Source: Girardia tigrina
Lineage: Eukaryota
Direction: 5' to 3'
Assembly (NCBI GenBank): GCA_001938485.1
Contig: MQRK01253347.1
Location: 27,797 to 78,323 of the forward strand
DNA length: 50,527 nucleotides
The position numbers and the translations under genes were made by a program. This document shows, piece by piece, positions 12,376-25,270 of the stretch; the first letter of the stretch is position 1, and every line of letters starts with the position of its first letter. The notes under the pieces are model-generated. The model was not told where the DNA came from. It was given only the letters and a program-made list of their open reading frames with translations, and searched no databases.

Positions 12376-14824
12376 TAAGGTTGCCAGATGTCCGGTTTTG
12401 AACCGGACAGTCCGTTAATTCAACTGGTTGTTCGGTATAAAAAAATTATAAAAACCGGACTTACATTTGACGGTATTTCTCCCGAAGCTTATTTCCACAA
12501 TCTTCAAATATGAGGTATTCGTATTTTTTTATTTTTTTGGTCGCTCAAAGTTTTTAAGGACAAATAAACATTCCTAAATGGTAATTTTTTTTATCGTAGT
12601 GGGCTATGGAAAAATTTATTTTGGTTTAATACGAAATACAAAATATTAAAGTATTAATTCAAAGTTTTCTGCTGGTGTAAAGGGATAAATTAAATAATAA
12701 ATTTTGTGGTATTTAGAGTTTGAACTATTAAGTGAAAACTTTATTATTAAATTTGTTTTTTTTATAATACTCAACTTTGTCTGTATAACTTTACTATCCA
12801 AATAATTTTAAATTAATTTATTAATTCTAGGTAAGAAATGAGTGAGGTAGAAGAAGGTTCAACAACAAAGAGAAGGAAATGCAATTACAATGCCGATTGG
12901 CAAAAAATATATAATTGGGTCAGCGAAGGCTATGTTGGAAATAAAAAATCCAACAGCAAAGCAAGATGCAAACTGTGCAATGTAACGTTTACTGTTATGT
13001 ATGATGGCATTAAAGCCCTAACACAACATGCAGCCTCAAAAAAACACATTGAAGCTGAAACCGTTGCAACTTCTTCTCAACGATTAACATCTTTCTTTGC
13101 ATCGATGCAGTAGCCCTCGCTGAATTGTTGCATATTTATCATGGTGTAAAACACCATTTATCATACTTGGCTCAGGAATGTGGAATTAAAATTATAAAAC
13201 AGTTCTTTTCTGATTCTCAAATTGCTAAAAATGTTACAGCTGGACGTACAAAAGCTTCGNCAGTTGTACAAAATATTTTGTACCCTTTTTCAATTGAACT
13301 TGTGATAGAAGATTTGAAAAACAACGTACCGTTTTCTATTGCTACGGACGCGTCGAACAAAGGTAATCGTAAGCTATTTCCTGTAGCAATTCAATTTTAT
13401 TCTTTACAAAATGGATTGAGCTTTAAAATATTAAATTTTTATGAAGATGCTTTCGAAGATTCAAGATCAATTAAAGATCAGCTGTTCCGAGTATTAAATG
13501 AGAACGGACTAAATTGGAAAAATATTACTGCATATGGAGCTGATAATTCTAGTGTGAATTACGGAGTAAACAATTCGGTTTTTCAAAAATTAGTGAAGGA
13601 AGAAAATAANNNNNNNNNNNNNNNNNNNNNNNNNNNNNNNATAATTCATAATTGTGCTAAAAATGCTTTGAAATTATTATCTTTTGACATTGAAAACGTT
13701 ATATTGAAAGTGTTTGCTGAGTTTTCCAATTCGGCTAAAAAGCGAGAAAATTTGAAAGAATGTTATGCTTTTTACGAATCAGAATTTCATGAAGTGGTTC
13801 GACATGGTCCTACTAGATGGCTATCTTTATTTAAAGCAGTTGATCGATTGTTACTAAGCTGGCAGCCACTCAAATATTATTTCTTAACTTTGGGCAAAGA
13901 CGAATGTCCAACAACAATATGGACAATGATATCGGATCAAGAACATGAAATATCGCCATTGGATGAACCTACAATTTCCAAAATTTATATTTATTTCGTT
14001 CACTCATTTATGTCTTCATTTCAAAAAATTTTACTGATTCTAGAAACTCGTACAACTCTGGCATGTGATCTTTATTTAATATCGGTAAAATTTCGAGACT
14101 CTTTGAAAAATAAAATGGACACCGAATTTTTTGGCATGAAAGTAAAATTTGCAATGATGAAAAACTATTTAGATCCTTGCCAGGTAAATAAATTCAAAAA
14201 AGAAGCCTTAAATGTATATGCTAGAGCATTGAACTACTTGGAAAAATGGTTTGATTTACGGAATTCTCCATATATGCACTTTCAAACTTTGAGTCTCTCA
14301 GACGGTAAAAAAATCTATAAGTCTGGATGAAATTTAAAAAATTTGGATGTTGTCGCCAATGAAGGACGAAGTTCCACCCGATTGTTTACATACCGAAATA
14401 TGTGCGTTGAATTTGGTAATGGAGACACTTGAAGGAACATCTTCTCTTGAAAAGTGGAATTATTTCTTTCAAAAAGAATCGGCACCAAATTTATTGAAAC
14501 TAGCTCAATTCGTCTTTTCGATTCCAGTTTCGANNNNNNNNNNNNNNNNNNNNNNNNNNNNNNNNNNNNNNNNNNNNNNNNNNNNNNNNNNNNNNNNNNN
14601 NNNNNNNNNNNNNNNNNNNNNNNNNNNNNNNNNNNNNNNNNNNNNNNNNNNNNNNNNNNNNNNNNNNNNNNNNNNNNNNNNNNNNNNNNNNNNNNNNNNN
14701 NNNNNNNNNNNAAAAATATAAAAAGAACCAAAAATAATAAATAAAAATATATGGAAAATAAAATTTTGTTGTTTTATTTTTAAATTTTGTCCGGTATTCT
14801 TCGAAGTTTCAACTGGCAACCCTA
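12376..14824 (+). mobile_element. hAT DNA transposon (Blackjack-like TIRs) with disrupted transposase at 12838-~14720
   Basis: TIRs TA(A/G)GGTTGCCAG; 8-bp TSD ATTGTACA/ATTGTATA. BED-type Zn finger (CKLC..HAASKKH), FSIATDASN, YGADN, TRWLSL and start of the hATC dimerisation domain (FSIPVS). Stop/frameshifts near 13113 and 14330. Confidence 0.93.
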
Positions 14825-17129
14825 ATTGTATATCAAATTTTCATCGTAACAATTTCTCACAAGCAAATATACGTGACTAAATTACACAATCGATATCCTA
14901 AAATTGTCACGTATTATTTTTACAAATCATAATTTAAATTCGTGCCAAACATAAACAATGATTTCATTTCAAAATCTTTTCAATAATATTATACAAACAA
15001 TTAATTTCAAATAACAACAAATTCAATGAAAATTTAAATTCCACGACTCGTATTAAAAAATCAACTTCTTTTAAACAATTTAAATTAAATTTTGTTGTTG
15101 AGTTCATAAAATTTTTGAATTTACAATCTTATTAAATTAATAATTAAACAATTACATTCCGTAAAATATTGTTATTGATATGTTAAAATAAGATTTTCAA
15201 AAATTTGATGTAAAAATTAATTTATGTAAGAAATAAAATAAATTTTACGGTAGGTTTATTAAAAGATTTATGCAAAGATTTATTATAAAGTAAAAAAGTT
15301 AATTTTCAATTTTGATAAAATATTTAATTGAAATAAAATCAAAAGTAATATAAAGTTTAATATTTTATTTGCGAAATAAAAATAAACTAAACTATTTTTT
15401 GTAACTTTTATTTTACACGATTAAATTGAAGTAAATTAAAAATATAATTATAATTTTAATTTTGGAAATTGTAATTGGAATCAAAATATAATTGTAAAAC
15501 AATTAATCGACTTAAATGAAAATGCGATTTTAATTTTATTTAGGATTACGTAATTATTAATGGAAATATAATTTTATTTTTTATGTAAAAAAGGGGTAAT
15601 TTAAAAGTTGTTAAATTAAAAGAAATTGCGATTTTAAATTCAATTTTCAAAACATTATTTTATCTAAAGTAATATTTAAAACTATTATGAAAACGAAATG
15701 AAAAATGCTATTGTATAGAATTGGGAAATTTAATTGAGAAACAGGTAAATTTAAAGGTACAATAAAATTGAAATTTAATAAAAGACGCAACAAAATCTTT
15801 GTGACAAAATTTTAATAAATTCACTTTATAATTTTTTATTAAAAAAAGTATAGAATTTTAATTCGTAAAAAATACAATAATCATATTTATATTTATATCA
15901 ATTCTTATTTATAATGGTTTGTGTAAAAAGAAAGTGCAAAAGTTCCTCGAAAATATTTGTTTAAAAAAACTTAAATTGTGGTAGAAATAAAGTTTTGTGT
16001 TAATGACAACTTCTTTTGATCAAGAACCCAATAGGGATCAAGATTTTGAATGTTTGTGTTAGGGACAATGACCCAACTTAAGTGTGTTCATTTGAGTTGA
16101 ACTGCTATATATGGCAGAGGTGAGAGCTTTTTTGTATGTTGGATCCCAAGTTCTGTAACTCAGTTTGTTTGGTATCACGATTGCTGTCTTTTGTGTTTCT
16201 GCTTTGAACATAGAAGAAGATGAACGCTTGCAATTGTGAGTCCATGGGTGCTGGTCTGCTCGCCTGCTCCGCAAAGTTCCAGTGCTGATAATTAGGAGCC
16301 CTTCTCTCTTTCTCTTCTTTGCCCCCCATTTTTACCTTCCACTCAGAAAATGTGCCGTAAAGCACTAAAACTAAATTGTAACAAATCACTGTGTTTACAA
16401 TAAACAATTTGCAAAAAAAAGACTTTCTACACATAGATCATTTACTTCAAAAGATAATAATTAGTCGTTTTTTAAAATATGCCTCATCGAAGAAAGACTT
16501 TGAAAGTTGTTTTTTATTTGAAGTTTATTGATGAATTGGCTTAATTCGTTCTGAGCATTTTATGGCACTTCTCTTCGTTTATCGGTCACACTTGATGTTA
16601 TCGAAATTATATCAATAAAGATTTATCTGATTTTTAAAATAAATATTCGATTTGCATATTTTACATATTTACATTGGGAAAATTGGATGATTAAGCAATA
16701 TACGAAATCAGGAAATTTGAAGAGAGCTTCATGCGAAGAGATTTGTCAATGGATATCAGAGTCGTGAGATTCAGTTCTAGTTTCTGCCATCAACAATGGC
16801 TTCAAGAAGACCACAGTCATTTTTTAGCCGAATGAACACGAAGACGTTGAAGATGTAGTTATTGAGGAAAGCGATGAAGAATTTGAAGAATCTAAAGATG
16901 AGGTAGATGAAGATCAAGGTATTCGTGAGGAGCTCATTGATATTTTGTTGAATGAAAATAATTTTGGTAGCGAAGATGAAGATTATGATGATTAAAAAAT
17001 ATAATTGAAAAAGATGGAAATTTTTTTTTAATTTTTGTTTCGTTTTACTAAGGTGCTACTTTTAACTAAGGTTCCACTGTTTACTAAGATGCTTTTAGGG
17101 TAAAATTTTGTCTTTTAAACTTGATTGTT

Positions 17130-17310
17130 ACATGAGCTCAAAGTTCATTTCCTGTACAGTCTTTCTTCTTTGCGGAGAATCTCTGAGGCAATGAGTGACG
17201 AACAGGAAGAAAAATTTAACAATATCTCAGGACGATGATAAAGAGTATCATGGAAGATAGTCCGAGTCGATGCTGGCTGAATATTGCTGGACTTGAAACA
17301 TGAATCTTAA
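17130..17310 (+). mobile_element. Sola2-like transposase C-terminal relic
   Basis: Degenerate reading MSSKFI...FFAENL.AMSDEQEEKF...RYHGR..SMLAEYCWT matches the Sola2-type motif MSLKIHFL..FFPENLGAVSDEHGERFHQ..MLADYCW. Confidence 0.6.
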
Positions 17311-17359
17311 AAATCTCTATTACAAAATCAGATAATTACATGTATAAAAAGAACTTTTT

Positions 17360-17840
17360 ATATTACCACGTTTTTAACAATAAATTTTTTCCACTATATT
17401 GTCCTTAAAATTTCAGTTTTCTATTTTAAAATATTTAATCACTCTATTCTCACTAAACTTATTCTCACTCTATTAGCGTTAACTAGAATTGATAAAATAA
17501 AATGATGAATTAAAATTAATTTATATCGTAAGATATAATCTGATTTGAGCTATTAATAATTATTAATTAACAACAACGGAGATTCAAATTTGATCAAAAC
17601 AAAGATTCAAATCATTTTATTATACAAAATTTACCCATATAAATTGTCCCCATACAAACTGTTTTTGGCCAAAGGGACAATTTAGACATGTCCGATCAAC
17701 TTGAAATATTTTTTTCATGCATTGTCTTATGGTTTTGATCTATTCTGAAAATTTCAACCCGATAGCTAGTCAAATTTCAGTTGAAAGATTTTTCCCGGAC
17801 ATATCGACAACAAGTGAAGTTTATAAAAACGTGGTAAAAA
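17360..17840. mobile_element. Non-autonomous Helentron/DINE-1-like (or MITE) element
   Basis: TTACCACGTTTTTA (17363-76) is the inverted repeat of TAAAAACGTGGTAA (17825-38); T-run/A-run termini. Confidence 0.5.
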
Positions 17841-20439
17841 TCCAAAAATGAACATTGTCGCAGACAAGCTTGTATTCAATGATGACGACATGTTAAACTT
17901 TTGTTTGAAACTCACGACTCGTTCTGGTGAAAAACGTTTTAAAATTGAAAAATAATTGAAAGATACATAAACATTTTCACCTATTTGTAATCATTGATGA
18001 CGAACCCTTTAATGAGACATGGTACTTTTAGACTTGCACAACCTTTGCGTTGTTTACATTTTACATGGTGACTTTAATCTGTTGTTGGTATTTCTGTTGT
18101 ACTGGAGAAAAACTGGCTGTAAATTTGAAATCAGCAAAAATTTGAAAAACAGTAAATAAATTATCGAAAAATTTCGAAAATAAGAGACTTTTTTTAAAAT
18201 GGTTATTAATAAAATGATTAAAAGAATGATAAGTTTGATGAATACATTAAAAATTTTAAATTGTCTGAGCGATGTAATATTAAATCAGCTGTTTATTATT
18301 ATCGACTATTGCCGAAAATTTTATTTTAATTTTGTATTAAGGGAAACATATGTAGATTAATAAGCACTGTGTTTCCATATACTCTTTCGGCCATCATTAC
18401 AAATTTATTCGGAGTTTATTTGCTTTCTACTGCACCCAGACAAGAAAATGACTATCTGACATTATTTTGCCAGAAGTAAAACCGGTATTCCAAAAGTCTT
18501 GTGAATGAGATGCATTTTATTTCAGGGAAAGTTTTTTATGAAAATTTTTAAATATTAAGATCCGAAACTATTTTATTATTTGAAGTTTGAATTAAAAACT
18601 TCTCCTAAAGAAGTAAAGTGTAAATGATTTAGTGTAGTAAAACTCAGTTTATTTATCCAAGTGAATCTGCTAACCTAATAAAATGAAATGTCTCATCAAA
18701 TATAACATTTATTTAAAGGTCAATACATTTCTTCACTGTTTGATGTCCTTTAAGTAACGTGTAGCCTTATTTATCGTGAGTAAGAACAAACAGATGATTA
18801 TCAAAGGTACACAAGATACCAGTGTAATAAGGTGTCACCCTGTTGCTGAAGACCTAGATAAAGTCGCTGTCTCATTTACGTGTTCTGCTATTTTCAAGCA
18901 GCATAAGACTCTGATTTATCGTGCAATAAGTAAACTATTAGTGAATGTTCTTTTGTGAGTTTTGTTGTAAACTTGACCAAAAATGCGAATTGAAAGTGAC
19001 ATATTCCAAACATGTTCAATGAAAATGTTCTTTCGATTTTGCCAATCACTTGAAATACATGAAGGTATTTCAAGTTCTAGTCCTAAGACTATTCTTAAAT
19101 ATCTTTTACCTTTTTTGAATAAATAATTTTGTTATCTATAAGAAATTCACATTTAATGGAATCTTTTGTTAACCTAAGAAAAAACAGAACATTCGTTACT
19201 TTTTAGGTAGAATATATTTCTTTCCAATGTGTAAGAAGTATCCACTGAACACAACCAAGATTAGGATGACAATTATTTATTTAAATAATATTAGGTTGTA
19301 CAAAAACATATTATTTTGACTTTTATTCTAAAACTTTATTTAACATGGTTTATGTTGTCCTATTTTGGTCAAATGTGTACCATTTTGTTTTATAATTTGT
19401 TGCCACTAATATATCATGTCAAAAACATATTCTTTACAAACAAATCGTTTACTGTTTTGATTATTCAACACAGTTTTGAGTCTGACATCTTTCATTATTA
19501 GAGACCGAAGCTTTTATTACAGAGGCATTATAAATTTAACTATAAATTGACAACAAATTATAAAAGAAAATGGTGCCCTGTTGACCCGATTCGGATAATG
19601 TTCACTATAGTAAATAATGTTTTGAAATAAAAGTTAAAATAAATGATTTTTACCAATGTAATATTTTAAATTTAAAAATATTATTAAATTAATGCATGAT
19701 GATTTACTTTATAAATATTTTAAATCCATAATAATACTACGTGTAGTTCATTTGAAAATGCATCAGACTACCCATGATAGATAATAATAAAGTAATGAAA
19801 GGAGATGCTTTAACAATCAGTATATATTAGCTAAGAATACATAGCTATAACCTTCCTAAGCCTTGCCATTGACCGCTATAAACTTTCTCAAGTGTAGTGC
19901 CAGTTCTCGAGTGCTTTATTGAAGAAAGTATGATTTTTCTTAACAATCCAGTTGTGAATATTTTTTTGGACTTTATTGGTATCAGTAAATGCATCTAAAG
20001 CATTTCTTTTATCAGGTGCTTAAAAATACAAGTTCAATGGTGCACGAAAGGCAGATGATCGAGGGATATGAAGCCGAAATCTTAGATTATTAAAATTCCA
20101 ACATTAGAGAAATGCACCGAAGAAAAGTCCAAAACAACCAAATCGATGAGATTCCTTTTTTCACACTTCGATGTATAGATTGGACTAATAATATAAGATT
20201 TTCGAGGCATGTATCGATATGGGTAACACTTATTTGATCCCAGGACACAGACAGCATTAAAAAATCGCGAAATGAGAGTCCAAATTTCAATTTCAACATA
20301 GGTTTTCACCAGTCTTTCACCGCTTATTTGAATTACGCTTGTCGACTGATAAACAAAGTTCCAGAGAAAAATCATCCGATTATTAAATTAGAAAAATGTG
20401 CTCATTTTAACTGTGAAAAAGTTTAAATAAGCATTGCAC

Positions 20440-22090
20440 ATAAACGTAAAGCACATGCCAGGGTTCACAACCAGTTAAACTGTATGGTTTAACTAAAATA
20501 CATAAATCTGGTCATCCACTCCGCCCTGTTTTATCAATGATTGACACGGTTCAGTACAGAGTCGCGAAGGTTCTTGATTCACTATTGAGTCCTTTAATTT
20601 CAAATGATNNNNNNNNNNNNNNNNNNNNNNNNNNNNNNNNNNNNNNNNNNNNNNNNNNNNNNNNNNNNNNNNNNNNNNNNNNNNNNNNNNNNNNNNNNNN
20701 NNNNNNNTATTCACAAACGTACCTATCGATGAAACCATTGATTTGTGTGAAAAGATGTGGGATGAAAACTCTAGCTCTGTGAATGAATTAATGAACAAGC
20801 AGGCACTGAAAGAATTTCTAAAATTTAGTGCCAAAATTGTACCTTTTCTTTTTAATGATGAATGGTACATTCCCCATTAGCACCAACTTTGGCATCAATA
20901 TTTATGAAGTCGCTTGAGGATAAAATGAATGCATACCCTGATGAAAAACCTGTGTTGTACAACAGATATGTGGATGATGTCTTTTTGGTTTTCAGAAATC
21001 AATCCCTCATAAAACCATTCCTAACATTCATGAATGGTCTTCATCCGAATATTAAATTTACCACAGAATTGGAAGTAGATAATAAACTTCCCTTTCTGGA
21101 CATTCTTGTCACAAGAATGAATGGAGACTATAAAACTGAATTATTCATTAAGACAACAGATACAGGTCTTTACACAACACCACAGAGTTTTTGTGAGGAA
21201 AAATACAGAGAGGGTATGATAAAAGGGCTTGTTCACAGAGTTTGGAATTTGTCGTCCAGTTTTGAAATTGCAAATCAGGATTTAAATATTCTTAAAAGGC
21301 GCTTGAGGGACAATATGTATACAAACAAGCAAATAGAACACAACATTAGGATAACATTAGACAAATCATGTACAGATGCACGAGTTAAAAAAAATTAAAA
21401 GAAGAAAATACTGAAGAATACAAACAAATCATTAAAATTCCATATTCTGAAGGATTTAGAGCGTTTAAGAAGAGTATTTGTAGAACNNNNNNNNNNNNNN
21501 NNNNNNNNNNNNNNNNNNNNNNNNNNNNNNNNNNNNNNNNNNNNNNNNNNNNNNNNNNNNNNNNNNNNNNNNNNNNNNNNNNNNNNNTGTCACGGGTGTC
21601 AAAACTCGTACATCGGAGAGACAAATCGTCATCTCAAAACCCGGATTAGCGAGCACTCGCAAATGAGTCGATCGAGTAAGGTTCTTGACCATTGGTTATG
21701 TTGTAATGATAGAACCTCATCCATTTCAAAAGATGAGTTTTCTGTTCTACAAAAGGGTGTTGATTCACATTACGAACGACAGTTTTGTGAATCTCTACTA
21801 ATAAGACACTACAACCCATCAATTAACATTCAGAATGGGCAAAGTAAGGTTATTTCAATACTTAAAATTTTTAATTAAAATATTTTTTGCCATTATTACC
21901 CAATAATACTTTAATAAATAATAATATTTAATCCCTATTATACCTTTTAAAGTTAATGTATCTATTAAAATTGTTTTCAAATTGCTGATGATGATGTATA
22001 TAAACATCGAAACATGTCCAATAATTATATAAAAAAAGCTTTAATCAAATTATATTTTCGAAATACTAAACTTGCGTTCACAAGACTCAA
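20440..22090 (+). mobile_element. 5'-truncated Penelope-like element (RT + GIY-YIG endonuclease), disrupted
   Basis: GSQPVKLYGLTKIHKSGHPLRP, FTNVPIDETI, SPLAPTLA, YNRYVDDVF, LPFLDILV, and CHGCQNSYIGETNRHLKTRISEH (YIG motif). ORF ends at 21878; hammerhead ribozyme downstream. Confidence 0.93.
21981..22022 (+). ncRNA. Minimal type I hammerhead ribozyme in the Penelope 3' pseudo-LTR
   Basis: Stem I ATTG/CAAT; core CTGATGA (21985-91); stem II GATGT/ACATC; GAAA; palindromic stem III ACATGT; cleavage triplet GTC (22016-18). Confidence 0.85.
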
Positions 22091-22199
22091 TATAATATAT
22101 TAAAATTTAAATTACATTAAAAAATAAATAATACAAAAATTATTTTAAATCTTTTTACTTTAAAATTAAATTATTTTTAATTAGTAGAAATCAAAGAAA

Positions 22200-22290
22200 A
22201 TACCAATCATCCATCAGTGTAGGAGAGGCGCAATCCGAATCAACATAAAACATGCGCAATATCAACACACAATTCAAAACATTCCTCACA
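22200..22290 (-). repeat. Partial copy of the TGTGAGGAAT solo-LTR family
   Basis: Reverse complement aligns with 6770-6860 (..TATGTTGATT.GGA.TG.G.CTCTCCTAC...GATGGATGATT). Confidence 0.7.
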
Positions 22291-23129
22291 ATAGAGATGT
22301 TTGTATTTAAACTTATAATGCCTACTAGCGCGCTCTGCGAGAAATTAATATTTTTAAATAATTAATTTTTATTTCCATTTTAACCAATTAAATTTGTAGT
22401 AAATATTTTTAGAGATTTTTCAGGTTGAAATTAGTTCAGATAATTGAATAAAAATAATCAATTGTATGATGCAAAATTACGAAAGTTTTCGTAATATTTG
22501 TCCTCATTAAAAATCAATTTGTAATAATTGTGTTGAAAATTATAACGAATTTTTTTTAATTTTGTTGATTTCAAAGTAAATAGTTGTCTTTATTAGCGTA
22601 CATCATATAACGAAATATTTCCTGATTTTTCTAATTCAGCAACAAATCAAAATTTTATTACATTTCGGTATTCTACATCGTCGACTTTCATGGAATTCAA
22701 AAAAATGTAAATCAACATACACATGCACTATATGAAGTATAATTAGTGTGTTAAAACCACTACTTAATAGCCTCATCAATACCGCAAAATTAATTAACTA
22801 ATATTTCTTTTTTCCTATGTATTCCGAGGAATTTTAGAATATAAATATTGATTTGTAATTTTTTATCATTACGCAATGTAATAACTAATGATTTTTAATT
22901 AATGTATGAAATCGTTAATTTAAAGAGATTATTATTATTAGTTATTTAAATATTTGAATTAATCAATAGCAAACAAATTTTCAACTTTTTTTACTTATTT
23001 AACAATTATTTTGCAGATCTATATTATAAAAAATTATTTAAAAAATTTATTATAATTTTATTATTATTGTTATTAGAATTCCTTCAAATATTTTACTGTC
23101 AAGTATAATTTTATTTTTTGTCTATTTAG

Positions 23130-23433
23130 GTGATATAATTAAAACAGAGATATCTGAAACAGTAAATGTGAATCTAATTTCTCAAAAAGTCAACTTTTTG
23201 GTAGTCAGTTTGAGTAATTCTAATCAGATTTCCTTGAAGAGCTTTGAAGAGAATAAAAAACCAAATCGTAAAGGTCATCCTTTAATACAACTAGTAGCTC
23301 TATCTGATACTTTTAAAAACCATCAATTTCAACTGAAACTCAGTACATCTCAGGATATTTTGGAAAATGTTGAAATTAAATCAAACGAAACGTTTTATCG
23401 TAGTGAATGGAAATCATTAAATAACCCTGGAAG
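23130..23433 (+). CDS. SLC15A: SLC15/PepT exon (extracellular domain)
   Basis: tttAG acceptor at 23128-29; phase 1 join gives T|GT (Cys); open frame to GTAAGG donor at 23434 (phase 2). Confidence 0.8.
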
Positions 23434-23567
23434 GTAAGGATGATCTCTTAATATATTCCTCTTATTTTTATAAAATAATTCTCATAAAAGTTATATTCTG
23501 AAAGAATCGTGAATTTGAAGGATATACAATTTTGGATTAGTTAATTAAGCAGAATTTGATATATTAA

Positions 23568-23796
23568 CCTGTTAACCTGGCATGACGTGTATTATGTCAA
23601 GTGCAAAATTGGAAGAACGTATTTAGATGTCCTAAAATAGCAGTTGTGATCTTGAACTTGCATAGAATAATTCATAAATAGAATAAATCATAAATCAGGT
23701 TTGCATACTTTAATCATACTAACTTAAAATGTACTTAAAATAAATAAGCGACCGTTATAAATAACATAATAGCAGAGAAGAACGCCGGTTAACAGG
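23568..23796. mobile_element. piggyBac-type MITE (229 bp) in an SLC15 intron
   Basis: TIRs CCTGTTAACC(T)GGC; TTAA TSD at 23564-67 and 23797-800. Confidence 0.8.
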
Positions 23797-23905
23797 TTAA
23801 CAAAAATTTCACCGAATATTTTACTATAAATTTATATTTTGAGACATCAGATTTAATCAATAAAAATTTTTTAAAGTATATTTAAATGTCAAATTGTGTA
23901 TATAG

Positions 23906-24089
23906 GTATATTTGGCATGTTAAAACTCCATCAGATCCGAAGATTTCCTCAAATGTTTCCAAATGGGTTGGGGTACTCAGCTCAAATGGAAACAGTTTAG
24001 AAACTATTCCAATTAAAATCAGATCATCTGAAGTTGCCATATTTTTTATGACAATGTCGGTTCCTGACAATTTGGTGATTGTGATTCCT
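23906..24089 (+). CDS. SLC15A: SLC15/PepT exon (extracellular domain)
   Basis: tatAG acceptor, phase 2 join AG|G (Arg), open frame, GTTAGT donor at 24090 (phase 0) matching the next exon. Confidence 0.75.
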
Positions 24090-24939
24090 GTTAGTTTTAT
24101 TGGTTTTTATTTGATTAATAAAAGAATATACATATTGCCTGGTGTTCTTTGTGGACTAGATCTTTGAAAAAATTATCGTCGACGTACATTTTACCCACAG
24201 ATTGTTGTCCTCTTGTATATTCGTTTATATGATTTTCAGATAACTGCATGGAAATTTAGGATGGCCCATAACTATATCATTCCTTTAATATATCATCCCT
24301 CTTTGTAAGAAATGAAACTTTTTTCAGATTTTTATAGTTCAGTCAAAATCTTTGAAAGGTGTTTACGGTGTTGCAAAATATTCCAGGCATTTAAGAATTT
24401 CTATACTTTTGTTTAAATGCGTCAATTACATCCTTAATTTTTGAATATTTCAGAAAAATAGAGTTGCTTTAGTCGTTGATTATTCTTTTTAAATAATTTT
24501 AACCAACAAAATTCGAGCATTACAAAGTGAATGGATCATCAATAAGACTGCATCAACAAGTCAGGTATCGACAAAAATGGAACAGTTAGCATGATGAGTC
24601 CACAAATGGAAGACAATGATGAATATCGATGTTTATTTAATTGTTATTTATGTTTGTTTTTGTAAAATATACATTAGAAATGACCGGAAGCTTTTACAAC
24701 ATTCTAATAAATTTTTAATTCGTCGATTATGGTTTTTCCCCATAGTTTTGCAGATAGTGGAATAATTCAGGGTTAATATTGGTCAATAAGCCGATTCCGT
24801 GTACTTTCGTCATTAAATTTCTATAGACGTCAATTCTTTTAAAAAACTTCAATATTTTGTTTAGATTTAATTGAACTGTTATTCCATCATAAGTCTATTC
24901 ATTTGAATTTTAAATGAACGATTTTTTTCATCATTTATA

Positions 24940-25270
24940 ATTAAGCCTTCCCCGACTGGACGGATAACTGAGTATCGTAGAGACTACAGTACAAGCATTG
25001 GCATACTGGGTAATGAGCCATAGACTCTGTATCGGGTAGAAACCATAAATAGACAATACAGAGCCTACTGACTTTCTCGCACGGTTGAAGATGCAAGAAT
25101 GCGAGCTTTCAGTGCACGGGCATGCTTCGGTTTCCCAGTCAGAAAGGACCAGTCATGATCCCTCTTACTGTGATTCTGTAGAGCTTTGGCTGCGTAAACA
25201 CATTTTGTACAATCAGTAAAGGGACACCGAAATATCCCGACTTCAGTTGTATTACTTAACCGAAAGTCTG
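24940..25270 (-). mobile_element. 3' end of an RTE-like LINE (C-terminal C2H2 finger plus ~120-nt 3'UTR)
   Basis: FRCPFTDCTKCVYAAKALQNHSKRDH before the stop at 25065. The 3'UTR recurs at 35055-35130 and 37160-37222. Confidence 0.6.

Noticed and set aside
16057-16383. TGTTA...TAACA-bounded segment as a solo LTR, and the overlapping 109-aa ORF
   Set aside because: No TSD, no second copy and no recognisable protein motif.
16680-16995. Acidic ORF tail (EDVEDVVIEESDEEFEE...) as a host exon
   Set aside because: Upstream stops and no phase-compatible place in SLC15; likely a transposase C-terminal relic.
18380-20400. Short ORFs in coding-like but degenerate sequence
   Set aside because: No recognisable motifs; probably old TE debris.
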